A model generated the notes under the pieces. The model was not told the origin of the DNA and searched no databases. It saw nothing but the letters and a program-made list of their open reading frames with translations. This document shows, in pieces, positions 55,896 to 64,000 of a DNA stretch of 64,000 bases. This stretch comes from an uncultured virus (IMG/VR IMGVR_UViG_2816332408_000001). Lineage: Duplodnaviria; Heunggongvirae; Uroviricota; Caudoviricetes. Made by a program: the position numbers and the translations under genes. Position 1 is the stretch's first letter. Every line of letters begins with the position of its first letter. The stretch covers positions 1 to 64,000 of IMG/VR virus record IMGVR_UViG_2816332408_000001; one strand, 5' to 3'.

Positions 55896-57308
55896 TTAGC
55901 TATCCTTCCGAGCATACTGAAGGGGATCCTCCAGTCCGTTAATGGTATAGGCGGTCTTGCGCATAAAGCAAGGGCCGCAAGTGCCGCAGTGGACGGGTCC
56001 GCTGCGATAGCAGCTCCACGTTAGCCCCATGGGCGCCCCGAGCTGCTCGCCGAGTGCGACGATCTCGTGCTTCATCAGGTTGCCGACAGGCATGACCACA
56101 CTGAGTCGCTTCCCGTCGCCCACCGCGAACGGCAACATCTCGTTGAAGCGGTTAATGAACTCAGGCTCGTTGTCGGGGTAGGCACCCGCTTCCTCGAGGT
56201 TGTTCCCCAGCCCGATCAGGTCGAACCCTTTGGCTTCCGCGTAGGCAGTCGCAAGGGAGAGCATAACGAGGTTCCGGGCAGGAACCCATTCATGAGCGAA
56301 TTCAGCACCCGCTTCGCCTCCAGCGATTTCGCTGTCCGCCTGGAGTAGCGGGCTGTCTTCTTTGTCATAGATCCCCATCGGCAGGACGTGGAGCGGAACT
56401 TGCATAGCGTTGGAGACCGCCATGATAGCAGCATACTCAGGTGACTCAGCGCGCGAGCCATATTGGAAGTGCAGCAAGTGGACGTCGCACCCGTCGGCCT
56501 GTAGGGCCTTTGCAGCGACGACGCTGTCCATGCCACCGCTACAGACGACCAGCGCCTTTCGCCCCTGTAGCACGGCGGGATCGAGGCGGTGCGCGTGCAT
56601 GGGGGTGAACCGCCAGGCGCTGTAGGGTGGCACCATCTGCGGCGCGAACCCTGCCGGGAAGTAGTCCTTGGACGACGCGAAGAAGCACGCTCCGTCGAGC
56701 CACGCATACCAGATCGGACGATAGTTGCACGCCGCGAACACGACACCCGGATAATGGTCGTGCGTTGCGAGGATCGCATAGCTTCCTTTCAGGTGTGACA
56801 CCATGTTGAAGAACGTGGCGCTGAGCTCTGTCTCGGTAGCGGTGTCGTTCGTCTCGTCCCGCGCAAGGAACTCAGCAATCGCAGCACTGTCGACGCCGGT
56901 TGGCAGCTTCTGCCCCGCGAAGTGATTGCGCAGTTCGTGATCGTTGGCGATCGTTCCGTTGTGAACGACGTTCCACCCGCCGGCGCGATAGGGTTGCTGG
57001 TCGAACTCCCGCTTCTCCGCAACGTATTCGGTCGTCGGCTCTGCGCGGAGGTTGCCGATGATACCGCCCTGATGGATAGGGTGCATCTCGTCGAAGAAAT
57101 CGTTGCGACCGTGCAAGCTATTGCGTTCGACAGACTTGCGCTCGAAGTTGTATCCGGTCGAGTGCCCTCGGTCCTCCTGGACATGGTATCCCCAGCCGTC
57201 CCGCCCCCGCTCACCCGACGCGACCATAATCTGATTCATGATCTGATTCGTTCGGGTGACGTGCATAGGCGACATGCCCCATACGAGGCATCCAAAGATT
57301 GCGCACAT
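55896..57308 (-). CDS. gat-queC: Gat-QueC: class II glutamine amidotransferase fused to 7-cyano-7-deazaguanine synthase
   Basis: N-terminal MCAIFG, RG.DG.G, HNG.I.N; SGGMDS, VPARN, YPD, TWSCY..CGTCGPC. Confidence 0.93.
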   Translation of the reverse strand: MCAIFGCLVWGMSPMHVTRTNQIMNQIMVASGERGRDGWGYHVQEDRGHSTGYNFERKSVERNSLHGRNDFFDEMHPIHQGGIIGNLRAEPTTEYVAEKREFDQQPYRAGGWNVVHNGTIANDHELRNHFAGQKLPTGVDSAAIAEFLARDETNDTATETELSATFFNMVSHLKGSYAILATHDHYPGVVFAACNYRPIWYAWLDGACFFASSKDYFPAGFAPQMVPPYSAWRFTPMHAHRLDPAVLQGRKALVVCSGGMDSVVAAKALQADGCDVHLLHFQYGSRAESPEYAAIMAVSNAMQVPLHVLPMGIYDKEDSPLLQADSEIAGGEAGAEFAHEWVPARNLVMLSLATAYAEAKGFDLIGLGNNLEEAGAYPDNEPEFINRFNEMLPFAVGDGKRLSVVMPVGNLMKHEIVALGEQLGAPMGLTWSCYRSGPVHCGTCGPCFMRKTAYTINGLEDPLQYARKDS

Positions 57309-57309
57309 A

Positions 57310-58026
57310 TTATTCGACTCCGATGTATTTGTGAACCTGGAGCTGGAGGATGTAGCCGTGCGCTAAGCTCGACTCGACCGCCGCAGCGGTGTTCCGCGCG
57401 TTGATGGACGTGTTCTTGTCGTCCTGAGGCTGGATGTAGNCCAGTCCGTCCCAGCCGTAGGGCGGTCGCGCGGGGTAGGGGTTGGAGCGGTGCCCCAGCG
57501 CGTTCTTCGGCAGACCGTCGGTGTGCTCGTCCCCTGCCTGCACGACATACTTCAGGGCGCACGCGGCCTCCAGCGCCAGCGGGTTGAGCTTGCCCGTCTT
57601 GGGGCTCACAACAAGATACGCACCCCGCCGCGCACCGATATCACGGTTCCAGGGCAGCATCGGCGGGTTCATGGTGCCGTTGCTTTCGACCTGCACGAAG
57701 AACCCGTTATGGATGAGCATGTCGATCAGCTCACCGATGTGCTGCCTGAACGGTTCGCCGCCGGTGATGACCACAAGCCCAGGGTCCGGGCGCTGCCATT
57801 CGTCACGGACCGCTAACACGATTGCGCGCGGTTCCAGGATCAGTCTGTGGGAGGTGTAGTCAGTGTCGCAGGACGGACACTGGAGGTTGCATCCCGCTAG
57901 GCGGACAAAGACGCAAGGGGTGCCGCAGAAAGGGCCCTCGCCCTGTATCGTCTTGAAGATGCTGTGGATCTGGAGCGTCCCCTCATAGGAGGGTTCACGC
58001 TTCTCGATGGGTTGCTGGTTTATCAC
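57310..58026 (-). CDS. queE: 7-carboxy-7-deazaguanine synthase (radical SAM)
   Basis: IF.TIQGEG, CNLQCPSCDT, TGGEP, ESNG, VSPK, Q.HK. Confidence 0.95.
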   Translation of the reverse strand: MINQQPIEKREPSYEGTLQIHSIFKTIQGEGPFCGTPCVFVRLAGCNLQCPSCDTDYTSHRLILEPRAIVLAVRDEWQRPDPGLVVITGGEPFRQHIGELIDMLIHNGFFVQVESNGTMNPPMLPWNRDIGARRGAYLVVSPKTGKLNPLALEAACALKYVVQAGDEHTDGLPKNALGHRSNPYPARPPYGWDGLXYIQPQDDKNTSINARNTAAAVESSLAHGYILQLQVHKYIGVE

Positions 58027-58075
58027 GGTTCCTCCGGAGGTGGCTAGACGCATAGCCTAGCAGGTTTCGGGGCAT

Positions 58076-58113
58076 AAAGTAAAGCCCCGCGCACCATTTC
58101 TGATGCGCGGGGC
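58076..58113 (-). terminator. Intrinsic terminator
   Basis: GCCCCGCGCA..TGCGCGGGGC then TTTACTTT on the minus strand. Confidence 0.7.
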
Positions 58114-58133
58114 GAGCAGCCGAAGCTGTCAGG

Positions 58134-58694
58134 TTACGCCTGCGGCGCTTCCGGGGCGACCGGCGGAGCGGCGGGAGCTTCCGGAGCCGCAGCGGGCTTC
58201 GGACCTTCCACGCGGCCGGTGACACCGAAGAACTTCCGCCAGCGGGCGTATTCGGCGCGGACGTTCGCCTCGTTCAGGCCCTTGGCCTTGGCGATCTCCA
58301 TCGACTCGGAGATGGAAGCGGGCGAACCGTTCTTGGCGGAGACCTCGTCGAAGATCGCCCAGGCCTGACCGCAGAGACCGTCGGGCTTCGGACGGCGGAT
58401 GCCGTTCTGTTCCGGCTGACGGGCAGCTTCGCGGGCAGCAACGGCGTCGGCCTTGGCCTTCTCCTTGGCTTCCTGCGCAGCGACCTTCTCGGCCTGCTTC
58501 TTCTCGGCGGCAGCCTTCTTCTCGGCTTCCTTGGCTTCCTTGGCAGCGGTCTTCTCCGCTTCCTTCTTGGCCTTGGCTTCCGCAGCCGCCTGCTTCTTGG
58601 CGGCGGCCTCGTCGGCCTTCTTCTGCGCGGCGGCCTGCTTGGCAGCTTCCGCTTCGGCAGCGGCGGTTGCCGCAGCTTGCTCTTCCGTGCTCAT
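58134..58694 (-). CDS. Ala/Lys/Glu-rich protein with C-terminal putative DNA-binding domain
   Basis: H1/TolA-like repeats; PEQNGIRRP...WRKFFG. Confidence 0.8.
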   Translation of the reverse strand: MSTEEQAAATAAAEAEAAKQAAAQKKADEAAAKKQAAAEAKAKKEAEKTAAKEAKEAEKKAAAEKKQAEKVAAQEAKEKAKADAVAAREAARQPEQNGIRRPKPDGLCGQAWAIFDEVSAKNGSPASISESMEIAKAKGLNEANVRAEYARWRKFFGVTGRVEGPKPAAAPEAPAAPPVAPEAPQA

Positions 58695-58771
58695 TTCAAT
58701 CTCCATCAAATGGTTGCCCGATATGGACAATGTTGTGTTAGCATTCCGAAAGGGCGAATGCAACCCCTAAT

Positions 58772-59494
58772 TTAGCCCAAGCGAGCTTTCATCCAGTTAC
58801 CGAGTTCATTGCTTGAGCTAGTCTTCTTCACGCCGTGCTTTTCCTCAAGGATGCCCATCATCTGCTTCCGCAATGCCAGCACGACAGGGACGTCGGTGGG
58901 AGACCCCGCTGCGGCCCACATTTCGTCTGCCACCGACCATATAACCGGCCGCACGCTAGACGCACGCGCTTTCGGGGCTGCGCTGGCGCTGGGGGCAGGG
59001 GCAACGGGTGTCGGTGCTTTGGGGGCGGTGCGGGGTGATCGGTGCTGTGGGGCCAGCGTAGCGGCCTTGTGCTTGTCCACCGCGTCTAGAGGTTTACAGT
59101 GCAGCGGGAACAGCTCCATGGCTTGCGCAGGCTTCTTCGCCCCGAGCGCATACTTCCACGCGATGCCGTTGTAGAGGTCGTCTTCCACTGCCTTCACTTG
59201 CGCTTCAACCTCGTCATGCAGAGCGAGGGTCGGAGGCATGTGGTCAGCAACGATCATCGCCAGCATCTGCCGAAGCACCATGTCATCCGACCCGGTGACA
59301 TCCTCCCCGGTCGTATTGCGATACAGCATCCGAATCTCCAGCGGCGTCATGCCCAGCAGGAAGTTCGGGTTGTTGACGTTCTCGTTGCGAACGCTGTGGT
59401 GCGGAGCCTCAAGGAACGACAAGCCGTTCAGCGTGAACTGATCGTGGTGCTTGTGCAGGAACTGGAGAGTGTCCATATCGATAGAGACGAACAT
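58772..59494 (-). CDS. Hypothetical protein
   Basis: 240 aa, Pro/Ala linker, helical C-terminal domain. Confidence 0.75.
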   Translation of the reverse strand: MFVSIDMDTLQFLHKHHDQFTLNGLSFLEAPHHSVRNENVNNPNFLLGMTPLEIRMLYRNTTGEDVTGSDDMVLRQMLAMIVADHMPPTLALHDEVEAQVKAVEDDLYNGIAWKYALGAKKPAQAMELFPLHCKPLDAVDKHKAATLAPQHRSPRTAPKAPTPVAPAPSASAAPKARASSVRPVIWSVADEMWAAAGSPTDVPVVLALRKQMMGILEEKHGVKKTSSSNELGNWMKARLG

Positions 59495-59685
59495 TAGAGT
59501 TTCACCGGGAATCGCTCGAGAGCATTTGCAGCATCCCGGAGCTTGTGTTGACAGTCAGCCAGCACCTCAGGCGTCATCCCGCCGTCGTGTGCTGCCATAA
59601 GGACGCGGCGGTCCACATCCTGGATGGACGCCTGCACATTGGCAAGCGTCCAAGCGAAGCGGGAAATCTTCTTCTCTTCGTCCAT
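59494..59685 (-). CDS. Hypothetical protein
   Basis: TAATG coupling on both sides. Confidence 0.6.
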   Translation of the reverse strand: MDEEKKISRFAWTLANVQASIQDVDRRVLMAAHDGGMTPEVLADCQHKLRDAANALERFPVKL

Positions 59686-59819
59686 TATGCGTATCCCTTG
59701 ATGACTTCGTTGAACGGCTTGGCACGCACATTCTTGGCACCGAGCAGGTTCTGCAGGTCGCGGACGCGCATCATATAGATGCGTTCTTGCGCTGCCTGAG
59801 TGAGTTTCGTCTGTGCCAT
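59685..59819 (-). CDS. 44-aa hypothetical protein (MAQTKLTQ...)
   Basis: AAGGAG RBS and promoter directly upstream. Confidence 0.65.
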   Translation of the reverse strand: MAQTKLTQAAQERIYMMRVRDLQNLLGAKNVRAKPFNEVIKGYA

Positions 59820-59834
59820 TGTGCGTCTCCTTGT

Positions 59835-59869
59835 TGCACCCCTTTTACAGGAGTTCCAAACAGACGCAA
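59835..59869 (-). promoter_or_regulatory. Early-type promoter
   Basis: TTGCGT-N16-TAAAAG-GGGTGCA. Confidence 0.65.
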
Positions 59870-59877
59870 GCATTATT

Positions 59878-61770
59878 TTAGAACGGCACGTCATCGTCGA
59901 GATCGTTCGCATACTTGCTTGCGAACTCAGCGCGTTGCTGCGATAGCATCTCACGGTTCTCAATCTCAGGGGTGAACCCGCTGGACTCCTCCGTCCCGAA
60001 CGCGGTGCCGTCGTAGCAGAACGCCATGATCTCGGGATACTTCTTATTCGTCCAGACGCGCAAGTGCGTAGGCGCTGCGAGCACCTTGTCCGCGATGTTG
60101 ATAGCCTCTGCGGTTGTGCTGGGCATCTCAACGTCGGTGCGCTCCTTCCACCAGCGTCGCGCTTTCATCCCCGCGAAGTTCGTGTGCTGCACACAGATGA
60201 ACTCGCTGAACGACTTATATCCGCAATAGTAGGAGACCTTCATCATTGGAGGTGAACCCTCCTTCTCGTGGCGGTCAATGGTAACGCTGTCCACCTTGAA
60301 GACCTTTACCACAGGCTCGTCGATCTTGATAAGCTCCTCGGTAGCAGCGTCCTGGCCGAACTTAACCTCGAAGAGGAACTCACTGCCACACCCGAGCGAC
60401 GTCTTGAACGGTTGCCCGCCGCAGTAGCGCACGCTGGCGTGATTATACGTCTCGCAGACCGGGCATTCCTTGACGGGTGCGGTGCCATTTCCCTTGCCCT
60501 TGGCCTTGGGGGTGACAGGGTCGTTGATCGGCCCCAGCGTGGCGATGTTGCGCGCGAAGTCCATAACGAGGCAGTCGATCTTGCCGGATGCCTCGATTGC
60601 TGCCAAGCGCCCTGCGATTGTGTTAAGGTCGAAGGGGCCGACGTAGACCGGGCGGATACCGCGCCCCAGCATCTGGACCCATAGCACCGCCGACCCTGTC
60701 GCCCGCAGGATGATAATGAAATCGATCCCCGGGAAGTCGAAGCCTGTGGTCAGCACATTGTTGTTCACTAGCGCGCGGATCTTCCCCGCCTTGAAGTCAG
60801 CGATCGTTTGGTCGCGACCCTCGCGCTTACTGTGGACGCAACCCGCCGGGACGCCCAGCATGTTGAGCATGTCGCAGACGTGGTCGGCGTGATCGGTGCC
60901 AGACGCAAAGACGAGCCAGTGCTTCCGGTCGAACCCGTATTCCAGCGCCTCCTTCAGCGCCGCTTCGGTTATGTCGTCCCGGTCGAACTTCTCTTGCATT
61001 TCCTTCTCGATGAACTCCCCGCCCCGCGTATGCAGGCCTTCGGTGTCGAGATGCAGTTTCGGCTTCTTGGGGATCAGCGGGACTAGATAGCCCTCGTTGA
61101 ACAGGCGGTTGAACGGTTCCAGACCCGTGATGTCGAAGCACACGTCCGTGAACAGCGGAGGCATCATATTGCCCTTGCTGTCCTCGTAGGGGTCAATCAG
61201 GTGTCCGTGACCCATGCGCCACGGGGTAGCGGTGAGCCCGATGACGCGGAGGTGTGGGTTGATAGATTGCAGCCCAGCCAGGAAGGTTCGATACATGGTC
61301 TGGTCGTTCGGGGACATAAGGTGAGCTTCGTCGATCAACACCAGATCGATGTGTCCGAACTGCGCCCACTTGCGCGCGACCGACGCGATGCCAGCGAACG
61401 TGATAGGCTGGCTCATGTTGCGCTGGTTGAGGCCCGCGCTATAGATGCCCGCTGGGGCGAACTGCCACAGCGACATCAGCTTCTCGTAGTTCTGTTGGAT
61501 CAGCTCCTTGACGTGCGTCAACACTAGGATGCGCTGCTGGCCGTATTGCATCAGCACGCTCTGGAGGAACCGTGCGATGACCACACTCTTGCCTGTCCCG
61601 GTCGGCATCGCGACCAGCGGGTTGCCGGTGCGGTGCGTCCGGAAATAGTTCCAGATGCAGTTTACCGCTTCGGTCTGGTAGGGTCGGTCCTGGAAGACGG
61701 TCTTAGGGTTCGCGCCACTATTGTGACCGATGCCGGGTATCTCATCCAGGAAGCCAGTAGCTGGGCTCAC
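59878..61770 (-). CDS. SF2 DEAH helicase (RadD/YejH-like)
   Basis: PTGTGKS, IDEAH, GLTATP, LTTGFD, QMLGRG.R, Zn finger CPVC. Confidence 0.93.
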   Translation of the reverse strand: MSPATGFLDEIPGIGHNSGANPKTVFQDRPYQTEAVNCIWNYFRTHRTGNPLVAMPTGTGKSVVIARFLQSVLMQYGQQRILVLTHVKELIQQNYEKLMSLWQFAPAGIYSAGLNQRNMSQPITFAGIASVARKWAQFGHIDLVLIDEAHLMSPNDQTMYRTFLAGLQSINPHLRVIGLTATPWRMGHGHLIDPYEDSKGNMMPPLFTDVCFDITGLEPFNRLFNEGYLVPLIPKKPKLHLDTEGLHTRGGEFIEKEMQEKFDRDDITEAALKEALEYGFDRKHWLVFASGTDHADHVCDMLNMLGVPAGCVHSKREGRDQTIADFKAGKIRALVNNNVLTTGFDFPGIDFIIILRATGSAVLWVQMLGRGIRPVYVGPFDLNTIAGRLAAIEASGKIDCLVMDFARNIATLGPINDPVTPKAKGKGNGTAPVKECPVCETYNHASVRYCGGQPFKTSLGCGSEFLFEVKFGQDAATEELIKIDEPVVKVFKVDSVTIDRHEKEGSPPMMKVSYYCGYKSFSEFICVQHTNFAGMKARRWWKERTDVEMPSTTAEAINIADKVLAAPTHLRVWTNKKYPEIMAFCYDGTAFGTEESSGFTPEIENREMLSQQRAEFASKYANDLDDDVPF

Positions 61771-62732
61771 GCGCGAAGTCCGTCGTTCTCATACCAATCG
61801 GGACACCCGACCAGTTGCTTTTCCTTTGGTAACTGCATCTTGTGCTTATTGCAAGACCAAGTGGCGTCTTTTCCAGGTTCACTGAACTGGCATGTCCGGC
61901 AGTTGAAGTCAGGCGCTGCGCCAAGGTGGCATACCGGGCGGTCGTCACAGAAGCGGCACTTGAAGAAGCCCGCCGAGGTGTTGATCTTCTTGGGAGCCTT
62001 TGGCATCCACACGAGGTCCTCACCGCGCTGGATATACTGGTCCGCATATTCAGGGTTGAGGTAGATCACCTCCATGTAGAGGTCGTCGGTGTTCTTGCAG
62101 ACGGCGACGTATAGCGCCACAGCGAGCCCCATCTTCCTCATGTAAAGCTGCATCTGCGTATAGTGCTCTGGCTTGCACTCGCGCACACCCTTCCCGGTGA
62201 ACGGTCCCTTTCCCTCGACGTAGGCACGCCACTCGGGCAGCTTACCAGCGAGTTCGATAAACGACTTCTCACCGTGCGTCTTGTATTCGTTAATGAACGC
62301 AATGCTTGGATCGAGGTCTGGCAGCCCCCGAGCGACACCGTCGCCGGAACCTCCAGCGTGTCCTTCCGCCCAGCTGATGCGGAATTGCTTCCCGTTGGCG
62401 TCTTGCTGCCAGACCTCGCACCCGATCATAAGGAGCATCGCAATGATGCGTCCTTCCTCCAGGTGTCCGCGATTGAACAGGCGTAGCGTGCGCCCGTTGA
62501 ACTTCGGCTTGGTGGCCCATCGGAAGTTATACCAAACCTTCCGGGGACACTCGTCGCCGAGCATGGATGCGCCAAGATGGGAGCGGTGCCCATCCTCGGG
62601 CTCGGATCGGTATGCGTCACCGATGTGTGGTAACACTCGGCCTTCCCACATGCGGAAGGATGCACCTTGGTCCGCTTCGATCATCTCATCGATTTTGCGC
62701 ATCGTTAGAAGCGCGTGCATCAAAGCACCCAT
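61767..62732 (-). CDS. Cas4-like PD-(D/E)XK exonuclease
   Basis: GAS..G..CPR, GSGDG, EYKT, QMQLYM, CRFC..C, CRTC. Confidence 0.88.
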   Translation of the reverse strand: MGALMHALLTMRKIDEMIEADQGASFRMWEGRVLPHIGDAYRSEPEDGHRSHLGASMLGDECPRKVWYNFRWATKPKFNGRTLRLFNRGHLEEGRIIAMLLMIGCEVWQQDANGKQFRISWAEGHAGGSGDGVARGLPDLDPSIAFINEYKTHGEKSFIELAGKLPEWRAYVEGKGPFTGKGVRECKPEHYTQMQLYMRKMGLAVALYVAVCKNTDDLYMEVIYLNPEYADQYIQRGEDLVWMPKAPKKINTSAGFFKCRFCDDRPVCHLGAAPDFNCRTCQFSEPGKDATWSCNKHKMQLPKEKQLVGCPDWYENDGLRA

Positions 62733-62744
62733 GTTATCTCCTGT

Positions 62745-62841
62745 CCGCTAGGTGACCCGTGGAAGCGTTTCAGCGCCGGTTGGAGTCGGCGTTTCGGTCA
62801 TTTCCACGGGTCGCCTAGCAGCGGGGGTCCGAAGACCCCCG
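62745..62841 (-). other. Intergenic structured RNA element (cUUCGg hairpin plus 18-bp stem with inner hairpin)
   Basis: 62747-62764 pairs with 62802-62819; 62822-62841 hairpin. Confidence 0.65.
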
Positions 62842-62848
62842 ATACCAG

Positions 62849-63805
62849 TTACGCCTGAGGCGCGGCCCACGGGGGAGCGGCACCAGCAGCGGCAGCCGCC
62901 GCAGCAGGGTCCGGAGCACCCGGCGCCGCCGGTGCAGCCGCAGCAGCTTCGGCAGGGGCGGCACCGCCGGCCCAGGGCTGAGCAGCGGGTGCGCCACCGA
63001 ACGGGCTGTCCGCGAGCGCGGCAGCGGGTGCGCCGGCCCAGGGCGAGTCAGCCGCAGGCGCCGCCGGTGCTGCCGGGGCAGCGGGTGCGGCAGGCGCAGC
63101 GGGGGCAGCCGGAGCGGCGACCGGCGCGGGATACAGCTCGATGAGCTTCACGGTCTCATGGACCTTGTCGCCCTTCCAGTGATACGCCGGGTTCGTCGGG
63201 TGCAGTGCCCAGCCATCCGCTTCTGCGGCTGCCTTCGGGTCGTGCGCGACGGGCGCTGCGGGAGCAGCGGGTGCCGCCGGTGCAGCAGGCGCCGCGGGAG
63301 CGAAGCCTGCGGGTGCAGCCGCAGGAGCGGCAGCGGCAGTTCCGAAGCCAGCGGGAACACCACCAGCCGCCGGAGCAGCGGCAGCGCCGGCGCCCACGGT
63401 TTCGACCGCCTCGTTGATGTTCTTATACGAGATGATCTCGTTCTGGTCTTCGTAGTTGTCGTCGCCCTTGCGGATCTTGACCTTGATCTTCAGCGGGATG
63501 CCGTGGAGCTGCTCGCTGTTCGCGATGTGCAGCACGCCGACCGCGTGACCGATGGCGGAGAGTTGCTTGAGCGCAATCTCCTGGGCGGTCGCATTCGCGT
63601 TCTTGATGTTCAAGCGCGCGAACAGCTTGCGATTGGCGTATTGCCCGTCGATCACCGCAAAGCGGACCTGCAGATAGCTGCCGGCGCCGTCCTTCGTGGG
63701 CTTGATCTCGGACTCGTCCATCTTGGCGTTATACCAGCCGGCCGGGATCACATCGAACCCGGTATCCGGTTCCACCTGAGTGGCATCGAAGTTCAGTTGT
63801 GCCAT
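62849..63805 (-). CDS. DUF669 ssDNA-binding protein with Ala/Pro-rich tail
   Basis: FDATQVEP..F..IPAGWY, G.Y..RK.F, NEI..YK, terminal PPW. Confidence 0.88.
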   Translation of the reverse strand: MAQLNFDATQVEPDTGFDVIPAGWYNAKMDESEIKPTKDGAGSYLQVRFAVIDGQYANRKLFARLNIKNANATAQEIALKQLSAIGHAVGVLHIANSEQLHGIPLKIKVKIRKGDDNYEDQNEIISYKNINEAVETVGAGAAAAPAAGGVPAGFGTAAAAPAAAPAGFAPAAPAAPAAPAAPAAPVAHDPKAAAEADGWALHPTNPAYHWKGDKVHETVKLIELYPAPVAAPAAPAAPAAPAAPAAPAAPAADSPWAGAPAAALADSPFGGAPAAQPWAGGAAPAEAAAAAPAAPGAPDPAAAAAAAGAAPPWAAPQA

Positions 63806-64000
63806 GGTATGCTTATTCCTTTCATCGGCGGCGGATCAAGCCGCCATTATTTTTGCAAAAATCGCGCTGAGGATTGGAGGTTCGATCGAAGCCAGCGCGC
63901 CACTCCGATCTTTCGCTACATACTGCAGATCAGGCTGAGTCTGTAGGAAACGATATGACTCCCCTTGGGGCGTCTTGTTGATGCCGAGGCGGAACACCTC
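63062..64000. repeat. Second copy of the 939-bp overlap
   Basis: Matches 5-943. Confidence 0.97.

Noticed and set aside
53563..58026. que genes as tRNA queuosine biosynthesis
   Set aside because: No queF/queA/queG; TGT-like protein has DpdA-type motifs and sits beside DNA polymerase
61767..62732. Cas4-like gene as part of a CRISPR system
   Set aside because: No array or other cas genes; standard phage recombination module with SSB, Sak4 and helicase
62765..62801. Hammerhead ribozyme in the intergenic hairpin
   Set aside because: CUGAUGA core and three-stem junction absent

Overview
The window holds one complete, circularly permuted ~63,057-bp genome of a GC-rich, apparently lytic siphovirus. 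Bases 5-943 recur at 63062-64000, and I found no integrase, repressor, tRNA or CRISPR array. The minus-strand arm (49936-63805, continuing 1-9365) carries PolB, a sliding clamp, a full 7-deazaguanine DNA-modification cluster (dpdA, PRTase-folE fusion, queD, gat-queC, queE; 9g-like, predicted dG+), SF2 helicase, Cas4-like nuclease, DUF669 SSB, Sak4-like ATPase, ligase, ThyX, RNase H, MazG and an NrS-1-like primase. The plus-strand arm carries early hypothetical genes, a UvrD helicase, lysis genes, terminase, head and tail genes. Promoter style (CTTGC-N17-TANANN without the -7 T) and TTAACCAT motifs point to an alphaproteobacterial host (inference). The most striking unexplained element is a promoter-driven ~430-nt non-coding stretch (9828-10255) that folds almost entirely into tandem hairpins, with four cUUCGg tetraloops and plus-strand G-U pairs: a candidate novel large phage ncRNA. 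Also notable are a DinJ/RelB-antitoxin-like tail on MazG, the PRTase-FolE fusion, and motif arrays in the divergent control region. All assignments come from motif recognition by eye; no searches were run.
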